Shown: positions 15,577-23,072 of the stretch, one piece after another
Position numbering within the stretch: the stretch's first letter is position 1
How the letters are laid out: every line of letters begins with the position of its first letter
Origin: a virus
IMG/VR virus record: IMGVR_UViG_2643221500_000001
Span: 1 to 49,554 of that record
DNA: 49,554 nt
Direction: 5' to 3' (one strand)
Position numbers and translations under genes: made by a program
Notes under the pieces: generated by a model
What the model was told of the DNA's origin: nothing
The model's input: only the letters and a program-made list of their open reading frames with translations
Database searches by the model: none

Positions 15577-16505
15577 TGAGCGTTCAAGCTATTTCATGGG
15601 CTGTGACATTTGACGCGGAAAATGCCACGGAAAAGGCTGTTCTGCTGATACTCGCCAACTATGCGGATGGAAACGGCGTTTGTTTCCCCGGTCAGCAAAG
15701 CATTGCCAAGCAATCGGCATGTTCTGATCGCTCTGTTCGCAGGGTTCTTGATAGCCTTGAGGAACGCGGGATCATCCGCCGCATTATGCGCCGCAGAGGT
15801 GATGGAACTCGTACCAGTGACCGCATTATTCTCGTAGCTTTTCAACAAGTGGCCAATTTGGCCGCTTGCGAAGAGCAAGAGGACAATCTGTCAACATCAA
15901 CCGGACATCCTGTCAAAACCAACCGGACATCCTGTCCTAATCAACCGGACACTGTGTCCAGGCTCACTACGTTTGAACCGTCAGGGAACCATCAGCAGCA
16001 GCGCGCGGACGCAGGCAAGCCAGCCGATGACCTTTCTATTCTCCAAAGCAAACTGACCGCATCAGCCGGAGACAAGATACAGCCTCATGGCGTGTTTGAT
16101 CTCAGCGCAATCATTGGCCTGATCTCAGCTGGCGTGGATGTGGAGACCGATATCCTGCCAACCATCAGGGCCAGAGCCGCAACGATGCAGCGCCCCGCCA
16201 AGGGATGGAACTATTTCACCGACGCCATCAAGGACGCTCATAACCGCCGCATCAAGGCAGGCGAGGGCCTTGCCAAACCGGCGCGCATCATAACCCCAGA
16301 CACTGAGTTGGCTCCAGAAACTCTCGAAGCCGAATGGGAAAAGCGTCTCAGGTACGCCCGCAGAAATTCAAACTGGATTTCAGCGGTATGGGGTCCAATG
16401 CCAGGAGATGATGGGTGCCGTGTTCCAAGCAATCTACTTCAACCAACCGACGGAAAAGACCGCTACGGCGTCCGTTGGGATGACCAGTCAAAGAGGGCCG
16501 CGTAA
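15576..16505 (+). CDS. replication initiator-like protein (N-terminal winged-HTH)
   Basis: N-terminus AISWAV...EKAVLLILANYADGNGVCFPGQQSIAKQSACSDRSVRRVLDSLEERGII is typical of phage replication-initiator HTH domains. It contains an iteron array and lies downstream of dnaB (TGATG overlap). Confidence 0.8.
   Translation: MSVQAISWAVTFDAENATEKAVLLILANYADGNGVCFPGQQSIAKQSACSDRSVRRVLDSLEERGIIRRIMRRRGDGTRTSDRIILVAFQQVANLAACEEQEDNLSTSTGHPVKTNRTSCPNQPDTVSRLTTFEPSGNHQQQRADAGKPADDLSILQSKLTASAGDKIQPHGVFDLSAIIGLISAGVDVETDILPTIRARAATMQRPAKGWNYFTDAIKDAHNRRIKAGEGLAKPARIITPDTELAPETLEAEWEKRLRYARRNSNWISAVWGPMPGDDGCRVPSNLLQPTDGKDRYGVRWDDQSKRAA
15876..15958. repeat. four 17-nt iterons phased every 22 bp (putative ori) inside the initiator gene
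   Basis: CAAGAGGACAATCTGTC (15876), CAACCGGACATCCTGTC (15898), CAACCGGACATCCTGTC (15920), CAACCGGACACTGTGTC (15942). Confidence 0.7.
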
Positions 16506-17017
16506 TGGATCATTCAAATCTTGGACATGAGTTTGAACACCCGCTCGGCGTGTTCCGTGGAATGAACCCAGCATTCGTTCATAAGGTCTGGGCCAAGCGT
16601 CGTGCTGAAGAGAAACGCAAGCGTGAGCAGGAAGAACGCGCTCAACTCAAGGAAAAACGCAAGCAGGAAGCCCGCGAACGCGCCGAACGTGCTGCGCGGA
16701 TGCTTGAAGCCGCACGAAAGAAAGAGCTGGAAAAGGTCAGATCAGCAAATCGTCCTTTGGTTGCGGATATCATCGCGGCAGTTGCCAGCGATTTCGGCGT
16801 ATCGGCCAAGGACGTAATGAGCAGGGACCGCCGTTACACCGTGGTCAAGGCCCGACATGCGGCAATGGCGGAAGTGGCAAAGCTCCGGCTCGATCTGTCG
16901 ACAGTGAAAATTGGCGAACTGTTCGGTGGTCGTGACCATTCCACCGTTGTCCATGCCATTCAGAAATTCGGGATCAACCGTGAAGCGCTCAAGAGCGCTC
17001 ACAAACAAGCGGCATAG
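16505..17017 (+). CDS. DnaA domain IV-like (Bac_DnaA_C) HTH protein with Lys/Glu-rich N-terminus
   Basis: C-terminal IIAAVASDFGVSAKDVMSRDRRYTVVKARHAAMAEVAKLRLDLSTVKIGELFGGRDHSTVVHAI resembles the DnaA C-terminal DNA-binding domain. Confidence 0.75.
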   Translation: MDHSNLGHEFEHPLGVFRGMNPAFVHKVWAKRRAEEKRKREQEERAQLKEKRKQEARERAERAARMLEAARKKELEKVRSANRPLVADIIAAVASDFGVSAKDVMSRDRRYTVVKARHAAMAEVAKLRLDLSTVKIGELFGGRDHSTVVHAIQKFGINREALKSAHKQAA

Positions 17018-17028
17018 GAGAGGGCGAT

Positions 17029-17322
17029 ATGGCGACGTTTCTGATGGCAGTAGGCGCTTTAACAGTTGCTGCATTAGGCACCCTGACCGCGCTTGTCGCC
17101 GGGTATTTGATCTTTGATGCAGTAAATTGCGCTCGGTTCATCTGGCGATTGAGAATAGCCGCCATCGAAGCAAAACACAGGCTTGGTAGCTGGCACCTTT
17201 TCAAAGCGTGGTTTCGTTATTGGATCGGCGCTGACAGGCGCCCAGATTATCTAGTCATCATTGAAACCAACAAAGAAATTTATTGGCCGGGCAAAGAAGG
17301 CTCGCGCACATATCCAGCATAA
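17029..17322 (+). CDS. hypothetical membrane protein
   Basis: 97-aa ORF with an N-terminal TM segment (FLMAVGALTVAALGTLTALVAGYLIF). SD GGAGAGGG. Confidence 0.55.
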   Translation: MATFLMAVGALTVAALGTLTALVAGYLIFDAVNCARFIWRLRIAAIEAKHRLGSWHLFKAWFRYWIGADRRPDYLVIIETNKEIYWPGKEGSRTYPA

Positions 17323-17344
17323 CCCCAGTCAGCGAGGAACGGAC

Positions 17345-17929
17345 ATGGCGAGGACGAAGGCGGCGAAACTTCAAGCCAAGCGATCAAGAGGAAGGCCAAA
17401 GAAGGATGTTTCCCTCCGTGAACCCAATGGCAGGGCATCAAGAATGAAAGAAGACCCGGCCAAAGTGGCGATGGAGGCAAGGATGAGACATTACGGCGTA
17501 CCAGCAGACATGGCCCGCGATCCGCGCACAGGCTCATACCTTGGCCGTCTGGCAATGGCTGGTCGAGGCGAGGGCATCAGTCAGGACCAGTATGAGGCAG
17601 CAACCCGCTACATCGATCTGTATAACTCGTATCAGAAGGCAATCGGATCACCTGGGGCGTATTACGAACAGATTGGGGGCGTCAATGCTTCTGATCCTGA
17701 TGCCTATGCCGATTGGTGTATTCGAGTAAAGCAGGCGTATAAATCAGCACACGACGCCATCCATGAAGCGCAGGCAGAGGAACGATCAGAGAACCTCTGG
17801 GCGGGCCTTCAATACGTGGTAATCCAGGACCAAGAGTTTCCGCACCTGCTTTCTTCCACAAGACTTGTGTGTAACGCCCTGCATAGGCACTTCATTCTTG
17901 ACAAAAAAAGCAAATCACTGAATAAATGA
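17345..17929 (+). CDS. hypothetical protein, last gene before the ORF-free segment (function unknown)
   Basis: ATG 17345 (MARTKAAKLQ..) with a GAGGA SD. Basic N-terminus. No family recognised. Confidence 0.65.
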   Translation: MARTKAAKLQAKRSRGRPKKDVSLREPNGRASRMKEDPAKVAMEARMRHYGVPADMARDPRTGSYLGRLAMAGRGEGISQDQYEAATRYIDLYNSYQKAIGSPGAYYEQIGGVNASDPDAYADWCIRVKQAYKSAHDAIHEAQAEERSENLWAGLQYVVIQDQEFPHLLSSTRLVCNALHRHFILDKKSKSLNK

Positions 17930-17969
17930 CATCAGATTTTAGGGTGCCGAGTTGCATCCAAAGAGATAC

Positions 17970-17991
17970 AGCGGCTTTCGGGCCGCTTTTT
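17970..17991 (+). terminator. intrinsic terminator
   Basis: AGCGGC tttcg GCCGCT followed by TTTTT, 40 nt after the stop at 17929. Confidence 0.6.
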
Positions 17992-17994
17992 GAT

Positions 17995-18505
17995 TCTGAG
18001 GCAATGCCTCAACGGAATGTGCGAGACGCGGTGAATGCCAGGGCCGTCCTCCCCACAAGGGTGTAGAGTTACCGAGAGATTTGGCGCTCGGCGCACACCA
18101 AATGCGATCTAGGTGCTATGGGTTGGCGGGTGTCTCACCGAAACCAACGTGTTAAATGCCCGTCCTTCTGAGGGTGAGACTACCATTAGGGGATCGCAGC
18201 CTATACCGCACATGGTGATCGGCGCTGTTCCGGGATAGCAGCAGGCCGTCCGAACCGATCACAGACAAGTGGCCCGGCTATGTGCGGGAACTAATCAGAA
18301 CGGCGGCGCTGAAAGCAGAAGCGCTCTTCGCGGCAGTTTGCACGATAGCCAGACCGGTTAGGCCGCTGGATAGCCGGGGTAGCGTCCGGCCCGTTCTGAT
18401 CTAATTCGGTGCCAGTCACATCGTCACCTGATGACATAGGGCAGGATGGTTAAATGCGGGGCATGCGCCAAGCCGAAAGAGTTTGTCCGTAGGCCACCGA
18501 GTATC
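17995..18505 (+). ncRNA. candidate structured RNA / cis-regulatory leader (family unknown)
   Basis: No ORF of 60 aa or more in any frame. Perfect helices: 18080-84/18098-102, 18132-39/18173-80, 18206-13/18280-87, 18215-22/18255-62, 18294-303/18391-400. Strand is assumed from the flanking plus-strand genes and terminators. Confidence 0.3.
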
Positions 18506-18518
18506 AGAGGTCGCCCAG

Positions 18519-18722
18519 ATGAAACGATGTATTCACTTCGTCGGGTTCTGTGGTGAGGAATACTGGACAGCGGTAAAAGCCTTCGGGCCACCACACTTCA
18601 TTCATCGCGGATGGGACTTGAGGGCGCGCCGAGAAATAGCTGATGGTGATCTGGTTGTCTTCGCAAGAGGCCCGCACGATCAAGCGCCGCGTACCAAGTC
18701 ATTTGATGATATTCGCGAGTAA
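18519..18722 (+). CDS. hypothetical protein
   Basis: ATG 18519 (MKRCIHFVGF..) has AGAGG 8 nt upstream. 67 aa. Confidence 0.6.
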   Translation: MKRCIHFVGFCGEEYWTAVKAFGPPHFIHRGWDLRARREIADGDLVVFARGPHDQAPRTKSFDDIRE

Positions 18723-18726
18723 TTCA

Positions 18727-18753
18727 GCCGTCGCCTTCGGGTGGCGGCTTTTT
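18727..18753 (+). terminator. intrinsic terminator
   Basis: GCCGTCGCC ttcg GGTGGCGGC (9 bp, two G-U pairs) followed by TTTTT. Confidence 0.75.
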
Positions 18754-18815
18754 CAATTCCGCATCGTGCGGATAGGCGGCTGAGGTCGTCGCTTCACAAA
18801 CGAAAGGAAATGACC

Positions 18816-19043
18816 ATGAGCGATCTTACCAAGATCGAATACCGAGTTGTGCCTGTCACCCGCTATATCGTGACGCGTTATCATGAGGAAGGGCGAGGCG
18901 CAGGGTGCGAACATCGTGGAGAGTTCGATAACCAGCAAACCGCTTACGATGTTGGCTATGCGCTTGCCAAGGCGGAACATGATCAACTTGGCTGGCCTGT
19001 CGGTGACGAGCGGATCACCTATCCAGAGTTTCAGCCCGCTTAA
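18816..19043 (+). CDS. hypothetical protein
   Basis: ATG 18816 (MSDLTKIEYR..) has AAGGA 7 nt upstream. 75 aa. Confidence 0.6.
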   Translation: MSDLTKIEYRVVPVTRYIVTRYHEEGRGAGCEHRGEFDNQQTAYDVGYALAKAEHDQLGWPVGDERITYPEFQPA

Positions 19044-19056
19044 TCGCGGGCTTTTT
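19033..19056 (+). terminator. intrinsic terminator (stop codon lies in the loop)
   Basis: AGCCCGC ttaatc GCGGGCT followed by TTTT. Confidence 0.75.
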
Positions 19057-19073
19057 CATTGGAGAGAGCACCC

Positions 19074-19265
19074 GTGCCCAAGCCCTCCAAGAAAGAGCTT
19101 AAGGCTCTTAACGACATAGCGAACAAATCCACGATCAAGTTCTGGCGCACTCGCAACATGATTATGCTTGAGGCGGTCATATCTGCGTTCATGGATACGG
19201 ACAGCCCGGAAGAAGTGGCGACGATCCTGAGAGCGCAGGCGAAGATATTGGAAGAGCACAGATGA
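19074..19265 (+). CDS. hypothetical protein
   Basis: GTG 19074 has GGAGAG 7 nt upstream. The TTG at 19059 sits in the terminator U-tract. Confidence 0.55.
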   Translation: MPKPSKKELKALNDIANKSTIKFWRTRNMIMLEAVISAFMDTDSPEEVATILRAQAKILEEHR

Positions 19266-19396
19266 TCGAGGCAATCATATTCGGTAGTGCTATGCTTGGT
19301 TTCTTTGCCGGATGGTGGGTGGCTTACATTATCGGCGTCTGGAACATGCACAGCGGCAGCTATACACGCGATCCGGAACCGTGGGCGAAGAAATGA
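19262..19396 (+). CDS. 44-aa membrane peptide (below ORF-track cutoff)
   Basis: Own translation: MIEAIIFGSAMLGFFAGWWVAYIIGVWNMHSGSYTRDPEPWAKK. ATGA overlaps at both ends. Confidence 0.5.
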   Translation: MIEAIIFGSAMLGFFAGWWVAYIIGVWNMHSGSYTRDPEPWAKK

Positions 19397-19791
19397 CCGC
19401 CAAGCCCGTCTGGTTAGATCGTGGCTGGCAACCGGTGTCTGTTGCCTTTGTCCCATCGCAACAAGCATGGGAACTTCTTCAAAAGAAATACGGGCTTGAT
19501 GAAAGCTGGCCAGAGGCTGCAAATCACGGTGGCTACACAGTTCGATATACCAACCCGGAAGATGGTCAGTCGTTTATCGTCGTTGCCTTATTCAAGGCGG
19601 CTGAACGGGATGCGTCAGAAGTCATCTTCACGCTTGTTCATGAAGCGGTTCACGTCTGGCAGTTCATTTGTCAGGTGGTTGGCGAGAAACACGCCGGTAT
19701 CGAAATGGAAGCATACGGGATTGAGCATTTCAGCCGTGAGCTTGTCGAAGCCTATCGCGCAACAATGGGTAAAGGGAAGGTATGGGCATGA
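19393..19791 (+). CDS. small HExxH-motif protein (putative minimal zinc metallopeptidase)
   Basis: 132 aa. LVHEAVHVWQ (HExxH) with downstream GIEMEAYG as a possible third ligand. ATGA overlaps on both sides. Confidence 0.65.
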   Translation: MTAKPVWLDRGWQPVSVAFVPSQQAWELLQKKYGLDESWPEAANHGGYTVRYTNPEDGQSFIVVALFKAAERDASEVIFTLVHEAVHVWQFICQVVGEKHAGIEMEAYGIEHFSRELVEAYRATMGKGKVWA

Positions 19792-19880
19792 CCGCCAAGC
19801 TTCTCGCTCTCTCTGCCTTCATCCTCCTAGCCTCTTGTGCACCAATATCACTGCAACACACAGCAGTGGCTTACGGATAG
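19788..19880 (+). CDS. 30-aa mini-lipoprotein (below ORF-track cutoff)
   Basis: Own translation: MTAKLLALSAFILLASCAPISLQHTAVAYG. Lipobox L-A-S-C. GGGAAGG lies 7 nt upstream. ATGA overlap. Confidence 0.45.
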   Translation: MTAKLLALSAFILLASCAPISLQHTAVAYG

Positions 19881-19892
19881 CAGGTGTAAGTG

Positions 19893-20159
19893 ATGGGTAC
19901 AGTTCCGTTTTTCATTTCCCAAACGTTGTATGACCAGGCTAAAGCGCTCGGAATGAACATGACTGGGTATGTCGTGGTGAAGCCGCTTCCGAAGATCAAG
20001 GGTAGCTTCTGGAAGACAGTCTACACCCCGCATGCACCATCTCATTTCTTCGATAGCTTTGGTTGTCGGATTGAAAGAAAGCCTCCCGCCCAATCTTTCT
20101 CACTGCGCCCCGGCGCTATTAACTGGCTAGGGAATGGCGTTAACCGCCAAACCCTTTAA
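19893..20159 (+). CDS. hypothetical protein
   Basis: 88-aa ORF with AGGTG 6 nt upstream. Its 3' end overlaps a convergent gene by 20 nt. Confidence 0.4.
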   Translation: MGTVPFFISQTLYDQAKALGMNMTGYVVVKPLPKIKGSFWKTVYTPHAPSHFFDSFGCRIERKPPAQSFSLRPGAINWLGNGVNRQTL

Positions 20160-20376
20160 TGAACGGCATGCTATCGCCAGCATCTCTAATTGCATGCTGA
20201 AGGGCTGATTTTCGAATGTCAGCATCATCTTCGTGTCGCATGACTTGAAGGCTGGATCCTGAAATGCGGTAACGTCCGCAATCGTCACAGATAATTTCAG
20301 CAAAATCACCCATGCGAGGAAGTGCTTCGCGGGCATTCTGTCTGCACACAGGACAGCTGTCGTTACTCCAATCCAT
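20140..20376 (-). CDS. hypothetical zinc-ribbon protein (lone minus-strand gene)
   Basis: CPVC...CDDC pairs. ATG 20376 has GGGAG 6 nt upstream. Confidence 0.55.
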   Translation of the reverse strand: MDWSNDSCPVCRQNAREALPRMGDFAEIICDDCGRYRISGSSLQVMRHEDDADIRKSALQHAIRDAGDSMPFIKGFGG

Positions 20377-20443
20377 ATTCATCTCCCAAGCCTGTTGATT
20401 ACGAGGCTGATGTTAATTCGTTCAATCATAAGGATCAAACGAA

Positions 20444-20743
20444 ATGGCAACCACAACCATTCACGGAAAGCGTCTAGCACTCGGTGCCCCCGGTGAACTT
20501 CTAGTAGACGGTCAGCCACTCGAAGCAGGCACAAAAGCGGAAATTGCCGCTCTTACTTCTCTGACGGGTACGGTAGGCACCGCAAACGATGCGATGACGG
20601 CTGTTGCCGCCGCCACGGCTGCAAGTACTGATACGTCCGCTGCATCGCTCGCTTCCGTGAATACGGCAGTAACAGCGATCAACAACAACCTTGCTGATCT
20701 GCAGGCCAAGGTGAATGCAATCATCGCAGCGCTCAAGGCTTAA
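20444..20743 (+). CDS. hypothetical Ala/Thr-rich protein (possible virion fibre-like protein)
   Basis: 99-aa ORF with an AAGGA SD, directly upstream of terS. Confidence 0.65.
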   Translation: MATTTIHGKRLALGAPGELLVDGQPLEAGTKAEIAALTSLTGTVGTANDAMTAVAAATAASTDTSAASLASVNTAVTAINNNLADLQAKVNAIIAALKA

Positions 20744-20773
20744 CGGCCTGATAGTGAACAAGAGGCAATCGGT

Positions 20774-21307
20774 ATGAGTGAGCGCGATCCCGGCACAGGT
20801 CGTTTCCTTCCGGGTAACAGATTGTGGGAAGCGCGTTCTTCACATGGTCGCAATCCCAAGTTCAGTAATCCTGACGATCTATGGGATGCATGCTGCCAGT
20901 ATTTCGAATGGGTGGATAGCAACCCGCTATTCGAAGACAAGATAACATCGTTTCAAGGCATCAATAAGCATGAGCCGGTTGCAAAACTCCGTGCAATGAC
21001 CTTGCAAGGGCTTTGCCTGTTTATTGATGTAACGATGAAGCAATGGATCGAATGGCGTAAAGACCGCGCCGATTTAAGTGATGTCATCACGCGAGCCGAA
21101 GCAGTCATCTACCAGCAGAAGTTTTCCGGTGCCGCTGCTGATCTTCTCAATGCCAATATCATTGCTCGCGATCTCGGCCTTGCTGACAAGAGTGAGCTGA
21201 CCGGCAAGGATGGCGGGCCAATCGAAACGAAGGACGCAGACGGATACGATCTTGCCCGGCGCATCGCATTCGCACTGAGCGGAAAGAATGACAAATCTGC
21301 TGGATGA
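20774..21307 (+). CDS. terS: terminase small subunit
   Basis: 177 aa. Pattern [29 protein letters not shown]...[18 protein letters not shown] is typical of phage small terminases. It overlaps terL. Confidence 0.8.
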   Translation: MSERDPGTGRFLPGNRLWEARSSHGRNPKFSNPDDLWDACCQYFEWVDSNPLFEDKITSFQGINKHEPVAKLRAMTLQGLCLFIDVTMKQWIEWRKDRADLSDVITRAEAVIYQQKFSGAAADLLNANIIARDLGLADKSELTGKDGGPIETKDADGYDLARRIAFALSGKNDKSAG

Positions 21308-22856
21308 CATCTTGCAGCGCTTTGAAGCGCTTCCGCAGGATGTACAGGACCAGATCAAAAAGGATGCACTAACGGCCACGAATGGCCGTTTTTTTATACC
21401 CAATCCGGGGCCGCAGATTGATGCGCTCCATTCCGAAGCCGATGAATTGTTTTTCGGCGGGTCAGCAGGTGGCGGCAAGTCCTCCTTTTTGTGCGGGACG
21501 GCTGTAGACGATCATCAGCGTTCGATTATCTTCCGTCGCGAATATCCGCAGATCAAAGGCCTTGAGGATGAAGTCTCAAAACTGATCGGCGGGCGGACAG
21601 GGTATAATGCGCAGGACAAAATCTGGCGACTGCCGAAGGGCAATGTGCTGGAATTCGGTTCTGTCCCGCATGAAACCGATGTTGAGAAGTATCAGGGGCG
21701 CGCTCACGATCTCAAAGGTTTCGATGAGATTACCCACTTCAGCGAGGCACAGTACCGCTTTCTGATCGGCTGGACGCGCTCAACCGACCTTAATCAGCGC
21801 TGCCGTGTCATTGCTACCGGCAACCCGCCCACGACGCCGGAAGGCTACTGGGTCGTAAAGTACTGGGCACCATGGCTCGACAAGTCGCATCCTAATCCGG
21901 CCAAGCCGGGTGAGCTTCGATGGTTTACCACTATCGACGGGAAGGACGTTGAATGTGAGGGTTCGGAAGAGATTGAAGTTAATGGCCGTATGGTCAAGCC
22001 ACGGTCACGGACATTTATCCCGGCCAAGCTAGAGGATAACCCGGACCTTATGGCCGCAGGCTACGCTTCCGTGCTCGAAGCTATGCCGGAAGAATTGCGC
22101 ATACGAATGCGTGATGGTCGTTTTGACGCCGAGGTAAAGGACGGAGATTTTCAGGTCATCCCGACCGAATGGATACGGATGGCGCAGGCCAGATGGACGT
22201 CTGAAGTGCCTAATAGCATGGGAATGTCCAGTCTTGCACATGACGTTGCATTAGGTGGCGGTGACGCGAATACCTTCGCCCGTCGTCATGGTCATTGGTA
22301 TGACGAAATCATTTCAGAACGTCTCAAGGGGATGATTGACCCGATAGACCTTGCAGCGCGCGATCTGGCTTTGATGCGCGATGGATGCACGGTCATTATC
22401 GATATGGGCGGCGGATATGGCTCCGGCGTCTATTCGCATCTGAAGAACAACGTACGGGGGATTAACCTCGTGCCATTCAATGGAGCTGATGAGTCCCGCA
22501 AGTCGACGCGAGACGGAAAGCTCAAATTCGTAAACAAGCGCGCTGAAACAATGTGGAAGTTTCGTGAGGCGCTTGAACCCAATCTCGGTGAGCCGGTGGC
22601 TTTGCCTCCTGACCCCGAATTATTGGCCGATCTGGCCGCAGCAACGTGGAAACTCACGCCTCGCGGCATTCAGGTCGAAAGCAAGGTCGAAATCAAGAAG
22701 AGATTGGGCCGATCTCCCGACAAGGGTGATGCGGTCGTTATGGCGTGGTCTGCCGGTGAAAACTCGGTAGACGCTCGTATCAAGCGCGCCTCGAACAAAC
22801 AGCGCCAGACAACAGCAAACGTTGGGCATCAGCAGGCCAAGCGCCGCCGCAGATGA
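21288..22856 (+). CDS. terL: terminase large subunit
   Basis: 522 aa. Walker [11 protein letters not shown]-terminal nuclease-like half. Lies upstream of the portal gene. Confidence 0.95.
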   Translation: MTNLLDDILQRFEALPQDVQDQIKKDALTATNGRFFIPNPGPQIDALHSEADELFFGGSAGGGKSSFLCGTAVDDHQRSIIFRREYPQIKGLEDEVSKLIGGRTGYNAQDKIWRLPKGNVLEFGSVPHETDVEKYQGRAHDLKGFDEITHFSEAQYRFLIGWTRSTDLNQRCRVIATGNPPTTPEGYWVVKYWAPWLDKSHPNPAKPGELRWFTTIDGKDVECEGSEEIEVNGRMVKPRSRTFIPAKLEDNPDLMAAGYASVLEAMPEELRIRMRDGRFDAEVKDGDFQVIPTEWIRMAQARWTSEVPNSMGMSSLAHDVALGGGDANTFARRHGHWYDEIISERLKGMIDPIDLAARDLALMRDGCTVIIDMGGGYGSGVYSHLKNNVRGINLVPFNGADESRKSTRDGKLKFVNKRAETMWKFREALEPNLGEPVALPPDPELLADLAAATWKLTPRGIQVESKVEIKKRLGRSPDKGDAVVMAWSAGENSVDARIKRASNKQRQTTANVGHQQAKRRRR

Positions 22857-22868
22857 AAGGATGAAATC

Positions 22869-23060
22869 ATGAGCTTTGGAAAGACACCCAAGCCGCAGCC
22901 AACCCCTGTTATGCCGGATGAACAAGACCCGCAGGTACTGGAAGCCCGTCGCCGTCGTGCTCTGGAAGTCCAGACCCGTGGCGGTCGCCAGTCGACCATT
23001 CTCACGGGCGGATCAGCATCAAGCGGGCAGGGTAACCAGACCCTCGGCGGCGCACAGTAA
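22869..23060 (+). CDS. hypothetical small protein
   Basis: 63-aa ORF with an AAGGA SD, between terL and the portal gene. Confidence 0.55.
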   Translation: MSFGKTPKPQPTPVMPDEQDPQVLEARRRRALEVQTRGGRQSTILTGGSASSGQGNQTLGGAQ

Positions 23061-23072
23061 GGCGGTCTGTTT

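Noticed and set aside
18258-18290. ACAGACAAGTGGCCCGGCTAT, resembling the RNase P RNA ACAGAACCCGGCTTA box
   Set aside because: The universally conserved GAGGAAAGTCC box and the P4 pairing partner are absent from 17930-18520 on either strand.
18428-18478. CTGATGA ... GAAA, hammerhead-ribozyme-like core boxes
   Set aside because: The nucleotides flanking the boxes (C after CUGAUGA, C before GAAA) cannot form stem II. I could not build a stem I/III plus cleavage-site triplet around them.
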